Origin: Naegleria gruberi | Lineage: Eukaryota | DNA length: 36,111 nt | NCBI GenBank assembly: GCA_000004985.1 | Contig: GG738945.1 | Strand: one strand, 5' to 3' | In this document: positions 1 through 8,200 of the stretch, piece by piece | Position numbering within the stretch: position 1 is the stretch's first letter | How the letters are laid out: each line of letters opens with the position of its first letter | The notes under the pieces: generated by a model | Databases searched by the model: none | Seen by the model: only the letters and a program-made list of their open reading frames with translations | What the model was told of the DNA's origin: nothing | Program-made: the position numbers and the translations under genes

Positions 1-252
1 TATACGACTATTATTCGAAAAAGGAATGGAAAACAGGCCAGCCACAATTGTATGCTCCATGGCATGGTGAGATGATAGCTTTTCCTAATTATCTAATTAC
101 ACGAAAAGATTGCAGAATTACTAGGTCTACATGATTGGGAAAATAGTGAGAATGATGGTTAACAAGAAGAAAAATCATCTATTAGCAAATTATTAATTTA
201 ACCTTAATAAATGCTAACAGCAATAAGTTAATATTTTATGACTACAACATAA

Positions 253-341
253 GGGCGGTTAGCTCAGCGGTAGAGCACCGGATTGCAAAGACATTTGCAG
301 CAGACATCCGATGGTCACGTGTTCGATCCACGTACCACCCT
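253..341 (+). tRNA. Intron-containing tRNA gene, most likely tRNA-Cys (anticodon GCA at 285..287); putative 17-nt intron at 289..305
   Basis: Hand-folded cloverleaf. Acceptor stem GGGCGGT (253..259) pairs with ACCACCC (334..340) with one C·A mismatch at 4:69. D-arm is GCTC-AGCGGTA-GAGC (262..276). Anticodon stem CCGGA (278..282) pairs with TCCGA (307..311) with a C·A mismatch at 27:43. Anticodon loop is TTGCAA with U33 and purine 37. The sequence AGACATTTGCAGCAGAC sits at the canonical 37/38 intron position and contains TTGCA, which can pair with the anticodon. Variable loop is TGGTC. T-arm is ACGTG-TTCGATC-CACGT (317..333). Discriminator is T341, the base expected for tRNA-Cys. A box TAGCTCAGCGG lies at 260..270 and B box GTGTTCGATCC at 320..330. 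Confidence 0.65.
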
Positions 342-344
342 TCC

Positions 345-365
345 TTTTATCAAACAAATCTTTTT
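345..365 (+). terminator. Pol III termination T-tracts downstream of the tRNA: TTTT at 345..348 and TTTTT at 361..365
   Basis: Runs of four or more T on the tRNA-coding strand begin 4 nt after the tRNA 3' end. This is the established Pol III termination signal. Confidence 0.6.
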
Positions 366-367
366 AT

Positions 368-973
368 CTAAGCAGGAGGTTGAGTATTACATGAATCCAA
401 AGCGAAATCTTCATCAACAAAGTGTCCACAAGCGTATTTCATCAAAACACTTCTCACTTTTCTAGAATTAATATCATACGACTTGAAACTCAACTTGTCC
501 TGATACTGTTCCATTAAATTCTTGAACATTCCTTTTTGTTTCATTGAAGTGAAACAATTACAAAGTGAATAACAAAATCCACCATTTGAATGAACGTAGA
601 CAACACTATCTGGTGTTTCCTCCTGACCATCACGAATAGAACACGACCACTTCTTCTCTTCCTCACTAACAATTGTATCACAAGCTGAGAATGGACTGTA
701 AAACATTTTCTTTTCACAATCCATAAGAATTGGATACTTATTGGTGGCATAAATGTATTGGAATAGCGCTTGATCTTCAATTCTTTCCTTTGGTTCACCT
801 CTTTTCACATTCAATCCAATGGAAAGTGCCTTTCGAATATCACGTTTTCTTCCAACGTAAAGTCCACTATTTAAATAAATTCTATCATTTGCTGATGCAC
901 AATTTCTCTTAACTCTATAGCCATTAATGTCATAGTAGTATTTTTCTACCATATTCTCCTCCTCAGGTGTTTT
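368..973 (-). CDS. Exon 3 (terminal) of the LH3/PLOD-like GT-domain glycosyltransferase; stop TAG at 370..368
   Basis: Continuous ORF to the stop. Motifs RIYLNSGLYVG (LH3 has RFLNSGGFIG), DQALFQYIY (LH3 has DDQLFYTRLY) and VVYVHSNGG (LH3 has IVVHGNGP) match conserved blocks of the lysyl-hydroxylase N-terminal GT domain, recalled from memory. Exon sizes of 418, 269 and 603 nt sum to 1290 nt, or 430 codons, with consistent phases. Confidence 0.7.
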   Translation of the reverse strand, partial: KTPEEENMVEKYYYDINGYRVKRNCASANDRIYLNSGLYVGRKRDIRKALSIGLNVKRGEPKERIEDQALFQYIYATNKYPILMDCEKKMFYSPFSACDTIVSEEEKKWSCSIRDGQEETPDSVVYVHSNGGFCYSLCNCFTSMKQKGMFKNLMEQYQDKLSFKSYDINSRKVRSVLMKYACGHFVDEDFALDSCNTQPPA

Positions 974-1024
974 CTAATAGAGTATGAATCGAGAAAATTA
1001 GTAAATTCTATTAGAAACACTTAC
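974..1024 (-). other. Intron 2 of the GT-like gene (51 nt, GTAAGT...TATTAG)
   Basis: Perfect GTAAGT donor. AG acceptor at 975..974. The 51-nt length is typical of nematode introns. It contains in-frame TAA (1000..998) and TAG stops. Removing it joins exon 2 (phase 0) to 973 in frame (...NMFT|KTPEEENMVEKYYYD...). Confidence 0.65.
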
Positions 1025-1293
1025 TGTAAACATATTTTGAATGAAATCATTTGGTGGCCACTTATTCTTTTCAGCAATAAACACAATAGGCCAATCTCTC
1101 TCACTATCTTTCAAATCAATATTAGCAATTTCCTTGATATAGTAAGTTTCGTATACTTTCTTGACATTTTCAATATTATTGATGAATAAAACATCTGTTG
1201 CATCACTGAAAACAATAATATCATGATCATCAATGTAGTTAGACTCTCTACCCGATAAAAATTGAAAAGTCCTCTCAATCTTCTTCCAATGAG
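1025..1293 (-). CDS. Exon 2 of the LH3/PLOD-like GT-domain glycosyltransferase; carries the DxxD motif in IIVFSDATDVLF
   Basis: Continuous ORF (HWKKIERTFQFLSGRESNYIDDHDIIVFSDATDVLFINN...FIAEKNKWPPNDFIQNMFT). It is in the same frame as exons 1 and 3. It ends at a codon boundary immediately before GTAAGT at 1024..1019. It resembles the LH3 stretch MIIMFVDSYDVIL...LLFSAE...CWPEW. Confidence 0.7.
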
Positions 1294-1347
1294 CTTTACA
1301 TTTCACATGTCAATTTTCACTAATTAAATGCCAACCATCAAACTTAC
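1294..1347 (-). other. Putative intron 1 of the GT-like gene (54 nt, GTAAGT...AAAG); it would remove the in-frame TGA at 1312..1310
   Basis: A single in-frame TGA separates two ORFs that share one reading frame. A consensus GTAAGT donor begins at 1347. The first AG after the stop is at 1295..1294. Splicing 1348|1293 keeps the frame (AKY-T-HWKK). The acceptor is weak because it lacks a polypyrimidine tract or TTTCAG. Confidence 0.4.
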
Positions 1348-1765
1348 TATATTTTGCTTCAGGAGCACCGTCAGCACCAATAACTGTTGGTGGAACATAA
1401 TTAGGTGATTTTTCATTATAATTAAACAAATAATAGGTTGATAAGAATATTTTACAAAGACCTCTCACTCGGTTGAGTTTTAAATTTTCAGAATTTGTGA
1501 AATCGACATCTAGATAAGTGACAGGGAATACTCTAGCTTCTCCTCTAACTCCTCGCTTGGATGTAAAATAAAAAATCATCACCAAACTTGTGAGGATGAA
1601 TAATAGCAAGAGAATTGTAGGTAAATTACATCTTGACTTGCCATTGACATTTGACTTGATTGGGTGTTTCTCTGAATTAACGTAAGGTGAGTTGGAAAAT
1701 GAAGCTGTTGATGTGCTGCTGGAAATGTGAGACTCCAAATCCTGTGAAATGTTTGGTCTTTGCAT
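1348..1765 (-). CDS. Exon 1 of a LH3/PLOD-like GT-domain glycosyltransferase; N-terminal cytoplasmic tail plus signal-anchor TM, roughly nt 1562..1621
   Basis: ATG at 1765..1763 sits in an aaaaaaaATG context. Residues about 49..68 (PTILLLLFILTSLVMIFYF) form a hydrophobic signal-anchor, which predicts type II topology. The ORF continues in frame to 1313. The proposed exon end lies before a GTAAGT donor at 1347..1342, phase 1. The upstream boundary is as observed. The 3' boundary depends on the proposed intron 1. Confidence 0.6.
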
Positions 1766-2202
1766 TTTTTTTGAAAGGTCACAGCTAGTTGGTTTGCTTG
1801 TGGTTTTTACCCATCAGTTGAGGAAAAAATTTATTTCGCACTCACTTTCCAGCTTACTTCCAACCCACAAAAACAAAACAAGAATTTTGGAGCTCCAAAG
1901 CCATAAAACAATCCTAAAGAGGTGGTTTTAGTATGTTAGTACTACTATGTTTTGGATTTTGCTGTTGTTGATTTTCAAGTTTAGAACCGAGCTGTGGGCA
2001 GTTTTAAATGGGATATTTGCAAGAAATTGGAATTTCTACATTTAAAATTTCCAATACTTGCAGTTCTATAGAGATAGGAAAACAACTTGTCAAAAATGTT
2101 GTTCGAGGGTGTTTGTTCATAAGTGCTAGATAGATATCGTGCAGATGGTGCATTGNGGAATCCAATAACTATGACAGAAGTCCCATATGCTCATTAGCAG
2201 AT

Positions 2203-5200
2203 NNNNNNNNNNNNNNNNNNNNNNNNNNNNNNNNNNNNNNNNNNNNNNNNNNNNNNNNNNNNNNNNNNNNNNNNNNNNNNNNNNNNNNNNNNNNNNNNNN
2301 NNNNNNNNNNNNNNNNNNNNNNNNNNNNNNNNNNNNNNNNNNNNNNNNNNNNNNNNNNNNNNNNNNNNNNNNNNNNNNNNNNNNNNNNNNNNNNNNNNNN
2401 NNNNNNNNNNNNNNNNNNNNNNNNNNNNNNNNNNNNNNNNNNNNNNNNNNNNNNNNNNNNNNNNNNNNNNNNNNNNNNNNNNNNNNNNNNNNNNNNNNNN
2501 NNNNNNNNNNNNNNNNNNNNNNNNNNNNNNNNNNNNNNNNNNNNNNNNNNNNNNNNNNNNNNNNNNNNNNNNNNNNNNNNNNNNNNNNNNNNNNNNNNNN
2601 NNNNNNNNNNNNNNNNNNNNNNNNNNNNNNNNNNNNNNNNNNNNNNNNNNNNNNNNNNNNNNNNNNNNNNNNNNNNNNNNNNNNNNNNNNNNNNNNNNNN
2701 NNNNNNNNNNNNNNNNNNNNNNNNNNNNNNNNNNNNNNNNNNNNNNNNNNNNNNNNNNNNNNNNNNNNNNNNNNNNNNNNNNNNNNNNNNNNNNNNNNNN
2801 NNNNNNNNNNNNNNNNNNNNNNNNNNNNNNNNNNNNNNNNNNNNNNNNNNNNNNNNNNNNNNNNNNNNNNNNNNNNNNNNNNNNNNNNNNNNNNNNNNNN
2901 NNNNNNNNNNNNNNNNNNNNNNNNNNNNNNNNNNNNNNNNNNNNNNNNNNNNNNNNNNNNNNNNNNNNNNNNNNNNNNNNNNNNNNNNNNNNNNNNNNNN
3001 NNNNNNNNNNNNNNNNNNNNNNNNNNNNNNNNNNNNNNNNNNNNNNNNNNNNNNNNNNNNNNNNNNNNNNNNNNNNNNNNNNNNNNNNNNNNNNNNNNNN
3101 NNNNNNNNNNNNNNNNNNNNNNNNNNNNNNNNNNNNNNNNNNNNNNNNNNNNNNNNNNNNNNNNNNNNNNNNNNNNNNNNNNNNNNNNNNNNNNNNNNNN
3201 NNNNNNNNNNNNNNNNNNNNNNNNNNNNNNNNNNNNNNNNNNNNNNNNNNNNNNNNNNNNNNNNNNNNNNNNNNNNNNNNNNNNNNNNNNNNNNNNNNNN
3301 NNNNNNNNNNNNNNNNNNNNNNNNNNNNNNNNNNNNNNNNNNNNNNNNNNNNNNNNNNNNNNNNNNNNNNNNNNNNNNNNNNNNNNNNNNNNNNNNNNNN
3401 NNNNNNNNNNNNNNNNNNNNNNNNNNNNNNNNNNNNNNNNNNNNNNNNNNNNNNNNNNNNNNNNNNNNNNNNNNNNNNNNNNNNNNNNNNNNNNNNNNNN
3501 NNNNNNNNNNNNNNNNNNNNNNNNNNNNNNNNNNNNNNNNNNNNNNNNNNNNNNNNNNNNNNNNNNNNNNNNNNNNNNNNNNNNNNNNNNNNNNNNNNNN
3601 NNNNNNNNNNNNNNNNNNNNNNNNNNNNNNNNNNNNNNNNNNNNNNNNNNNNNNNNNNNNNNNNNNNNNNNNNNNNNNNNNNNNNNNNNNNNNNNNNNNN
3701 NNNNNNNNNNNNNNNNNNNNNNNNNNNNNNNNNNNNNNNNNNNNNNNNNNNNNNNNNNNNNNNNNNNNNNNNNNNNNNNNNNNNNNNNNNNNNNNNNNNN
3801 NNNNNNNNNNNNNNNNNNNNNNNNNNNNNNNNNNNNNNNNNNNNNNNNNNNNNNNNNNNNNNNNNNNNNNNNNNNNNNNNNNNNNNNNNNNNNNNNNNNN
3901 NNNNNNNNNNNNNNNNNNNNNNNNNNNNNNNNNNNNNNNNNNNNNNNNNNNNNNNNNNNNNNNNNNNNNNNNNNNNNNNNNNNNNNNNNNNNNNNNNNNN
4001 NNNNNNNNNNNNNNNNNNNNNNNNNNNNNNNNNNNNNNNNNNNNNNNNNNNNNNNNNNNNNNNNNNNNNNNNNNNNNNNNNNNNNNNNNNNNNNNNNNNN
4101 NNNNNNNNNNNNNNNNNNNNNNNNNNNNNNNNNNNNNNNNNNNNNNNNNNNNNNNNNNNNNNNNNNNNNNNNNNNNNNNNNNNNNNNNNNNNNNNNNNNN
4201 NNNNNNNNNNNNNNNNNNNNNNNNNNNNNNNNNNNNNNNNNNNNNNNNNNNNNNNNNNNNNNNNNNNNNNNNNNNNNNNNNNNNNNNNNNNNNNNNNNNN
4301 NNNNNNNNNNNNNNNNNNNNNNNNNNNNNNNNNNNNNNNNNNNNNNNNNNNNNNNNNNNNNNNNNNNNNNNNNNNNNNNNNNNNNNNNNNNNNNNNNNNN
4401 NNNNNNNNNNNNNNNNNNNNNNNNNNNNNNNNNNNNNNNNNNNNNNNNNNNNNNNNNNNNNNNNNNNNNNNNNNNNNNNNNNNNNNNNNNNNNNNNNNNN
4501 NNNNNNNNNNNNNNNNNNNNNNNNNNNNNNNNNNNNNNNNNNNNNNNNNNNNNNNNNNNNNNNNNNNNNNNNNNNNNNNNNNNNNNNNNNNNNNNNNNNN
4601 NNNNNNNNNNNNNNNNNNNNNNNNNNNNNNNNNNNNNNNNNNNNNNNNNNNNNNNNNNNNNNNNNNNNNNNNNNNNNNNNNNNNNNNNNNNNNNNNNNNN
4701 NNNNNNNNNNNNNNNNNNNNNNNNNNNNNNNNNNNNNNNNNNNNNNNNNNNNNNNNNNNNNNNNNNNNNNNNNNNNNNNNNNNNNNNNNNNNNNNNNNNN
4801 NNNNNNNNNNNNNNNNNNNNNNNNNNNNNNNNNNNNNNNNNNNNNNNNNNNNNNNNNNNNNNNNNNNNNNNNNNNNNNNNNNNNNNNNNNNNNNNNNNNN
4901 NNNNNNNNNNNNNNNNNNNNNNNNNNNNNNNNNNNNNNNNNNNNNNNNNNNNNNNNNNNNNNNNNNNNNNNNNNNNNNNNNNNNNNNNNNNNNNNNNNNN
5001 NNNNNNNNNNNNNNNNNNNNNNNNNNNNNNNNNNNNNNNNNNNNNNNNNNNNNNNNNNNNNNNNNNNNNNNNNNNNNNNNNNNNNNNNNNNNNNNNNNNN
5101 NNNNNNNNNNNNNNNNNNNNNNNNNNNNNNNNNNNNNNNNNNNNNNNNNNNNNNNNNNNNNNNNNNNNNNNNNNNNNNNNNNNNNNNNNNNNNNNNNNNN

Positions 5201-8200
5201 NNNNNNNNNNNNNNNNNNNNNNNNNNNNNNNNNNNNNNNNNNNNNNNNNNNNNNNNNNNNNNNNNNNNNNNNNNNNNNNNNNNNNNNNNNNNNNNNNNNN
5301 NNNNNNNNNNNNNNNNNNNNNNNNNNNNNNNNNNNNNNNNNNNNNNNNNNNNNNNNNNNNNNNNNNNNNNNNNNNNNNNNNNNNNNNNNNNNNNNNNNNN
5401 NNNNNNNNNNNNNNNNNNNNNNNNNNNNNNNNNNNNNNNNNNNNNNNNNNNNNNNNNNNNNNNNNNNNNNNNNNNNNNNNNNNNNNNNNNNNNNNNNNNN
5501 NNNNNNNNNNNNNNNNNNNNNNNNNNNNNNNNNNNNNNNNNNNNNNNNNNNNNNNNNNNNNNNNNNNNNNNNNNNNNNNNNNNNNNNNNNNNNNNNNNNN
5601 NNNNNNNNNNNNNNNNNNNNNNNNNNNNNNNNNNNNNNNNNNNNNNNNNNNNNNNNNNNNNNNNNNNNNNNNNNNNNNNNNNNNNNNNNNNNNNNNNNNN
5701 NNNNNNNNNNNNNNNNNNNNNNNNNNNNNNNNNNNNNNNNNNNNNNNNNNNNNNNNNNNNNNNNNNNNNNNNNNNNNNNNNNNNNNNNNNNNNNNNNNNN
5801 NNNNNNNNNNNNNNNNNNNNNNNNNNNNNNNNNNNNNNNNNNNNNNNNNNNNNNNNNNNNNNNNNNNNNNNNNNNNNNNNNNNNNNNNNNNNNNNNNNNN
5901 NNNNNNNNNNNNNNNNNNNNNNNNNNNNNNNNNNNNNNNNNNNNNNNNNNNNNNNNNNNNNNNNNNNNNNNNNNNNNNNNNNNNNNNNNNNNNNNNNNNN
6001 NNNNNNNNNNNNNNNNNNNNNNNNNNNNNNNNNNNNNNNNNNNNNNNNNNNNNNNNNNNNNNNNNNNNNNNNNNNNNNNNNNNNNNNNNNNNNNNNNNNN
6101 NNNNNNNNNNNNNNNNNNNNNNNNNNNNNNNNNNNNNNNNNNNNNNNNNNNNNNNNNNNNNNNNNNNNNNNNNNNNNNNNNNNNNNNNNNNNNNNNNNNN
6201 NNNNNNNNNNNNNNNNNNNNNNNNNNNNNNNNNNNNNNNNNNNNNNNNNNNNNNNNNNNNNNNNNNNNNNNNNNNNNNNNNNNNNNNNNNNNNNNNNNNN
6301 NNNNNNNNNNNNNNNNNNNNNNNNNNNNNNNNNNNNNNNNNNNNNNNNNNNNNNNNNNNNNNNNNNNNNNNNNNNNNNNNNNNNNNNNNNNNNNNNNNNN
6401 NNNNNNNNNNNNNNNNNNNNNNNNNNNNNNNNNNNNNNNNNNNNNNNNNNNNNNNNNNNNNNNNNNNNNNNNNNNNNNNNNNNNNNNNNNNNNNNNNNNN
6501 NNNNNNNNNNNNNNNNNNNNNNNNNNNNNNNNNNNNNNNNNNNNNNNNNNNNNNNNNNNNNNNNNNNNNNNNNNNNNNNNNNNNNNNNNNNNNNNNNNNN
6601 NNNNNNNNNNNNNNNNNNNNNNNNNNNNNNNNNNNNNNNNNNNNNNNNNNNNNNNNNNNNNNNNNNNNNNNNNNNNNNNNNNNNNNNNNNNNNNNNNNNN
6701 NNNNNNNNNNNNNNNNNNNNNNNNNNNNNNNNNNNNNNNNNNNNNNNNNNNNNNNNNNNNNNNNNNNNNNNNNNNNNNNNNNNNNNNNNNNNNNNNNNNN
6801 NNNNNNNNNNNNNNNNNNNNNNNNNNNNNNNNNNNNNNNNNNNNNNNNNNNNNNNNNNNNNNNNNNNNNNNNNNNNNNNNNNNNNNNNNNNNNNNNNNNN
6901 NNNNNNNNNNNNNNNNNNNNNNNNNNNNNNNNNNNNNNNNNNNNNNNNNNNNNNNNNNNNNNNNNNNNNNNNNNNNNNNNNNNNNNNNNNNNNNNNNNNN
7001 NNNNNNNNNNNNNNNNNNNNNNNNNNNNNNNNNNNNNNNNNNNNNNNNNNNNNNNNNNNNNNNNNNNNNNNNNNNNNNNNNNNNNNNNNNNNNNNNNNNN
7101 NNNNNNNNNNNNNNNNNNNNNNNNNNNNNNNNNNNNNNNNNNNNNNNNNNNNNNNNNNNNNNNNNNNNNNNNNNNNNNNNNNNNNNNNNNNNNNNNNNNN
7201 NNNNNNNNNNNNNNNNNNNNNNNNNNNNNNNNNNNNNNNNNNNNNNNNNNNNNNNNNNNNNNNNNNNNNNNNNNNNNNNNNNNNNNNNNNNNNNNNNNNN
7301 NNNNNNNNNNNNNNNNNNNNNNNNNNNNNNNNNNNNNNNNNNNNNNNNNNNNNNNNNNNNNNNNNNNNNNNNNNNNNNNNNNNNNNNNNNNNNNNNNNNN
7401 NNNNNNNNNNNNNNNNNNNNNNNNNNNNNNNNNNNNNNNNNNNNNNNNNNNNNNNNNNNNNNNNNNNNNNNNNNNNNNNNNNNNNNNNNNNNNNNNNNNN
7501 NNNNNNNNNNNNNNNNNNNNNNNNNNNNNNNNNNNNNNNNNNNNNNNNNNNNNNNNNNNNNNNNNNNNNNNNNNNNNNNNNNNNNNNNNNNNNNNNNNNN
7601 NNNNNNNNNNNNNNNNNNNNNNNNNNNNNNNNNNNNNNNNNNNNNNNNNNNNNNNNNNNNNNNNNNNNNNNNNNNNNNNNNNNNNNNNNNNNNNNNNNNN
7701 NNNNNNNNNNNNNNNNNNNNNNNNNNNNNNNNNNNNNNNNNNNNNNNNNNNNNNNNNNNNNNNNNNNNNNNNNNNNNNNNNNNNNNNNNNNNNNNNNNNN
7801 NNNNNNNNNNNNNNNNNNNNNNNNNNNNNNNNNNNNNNNNNNNNNNNNNNNNNNNNNNNNNNNNNNNNNNNNNNNNNNNNNNNNNNNNNNNNNNNNNNNN
7901 NNNNNNNNNNNNNNNNNNNNNNNNNNNNNNNNNNNNNNNNNNNNNNNNNNNNNNNNNNNNNNNNNNNNNNNNNNNNNNNNNNNNNNNNNNNNNNNNNNNN
8001 NNNNNNNNNNNNNNNNNNNNNNNNNNNNNNNNNNNNNNNNNNNNNNNNNNNNNNNNNNNNNNNNNNNNNNNNNNNNNNNNNNNNNNNNNNNNNNNNNNNN
8101 NNNNNNNNNNNNNNNNNNNNNNNNNNNNNNNNNNNNNNNNNNNNNNNNNNNNNNNNNNNNNNNNNNNNNNNNNNNNNNNNNNNNNNNNNNNNNNNNNNNN

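Noticed and set aside
283-465. 60-aa plus-strand ORF overlapping the tRNA 3' half and the end of the GT gene
   Set aside because: It overlaps a well-formed tRNA and the antisense strand of a motif-supported CDS. It has no start context or similarity and is treated as spurious.
541-912. Alternative-frame ORFs inside GT exon 3 (541..798 -, 730..912 +)
   Set aside because: Both are nested within or antisense to the 368..973 exon, which carries conserved LH3-like motifs. They are low-complexity, have no independent support, and are typical shadow ORFs of AT-rich coding DNA.
1310-1312. TGA as a selenocysteine codon joining exon 1 and exon 2 without splicing
   Set aside because: No SECIS-like structure was identified, and glycosyltransferases of this family are not known selenoproteins. 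A splice donor (GTAAGT) and acceptor flank the codon. I list read-through only as a remote alternative.
1579-1931. ORFs 1579..1782 (-) and 1749..1931 (+) around the GT gene start
   Set aside because: The minus-strand one starts at GTG in an alternative frame overlapping exon 1. The plus-strand one lies in the putative promoter region and has a low-complexity translation. Neither is supported.
2018-2056. Short imperfect inverted repeat (gaaatt-gg-aatttc) and 'ttccaat' motifs near the left gap edge
   Set aside because: It has a 6-bp stem with a 2-nt spacer in AT-rich intergenic DNA, which is within chance expectation. The similar 'tccaat' strings on either side of the N block are too short to claim terminal repeats of a mobile element.
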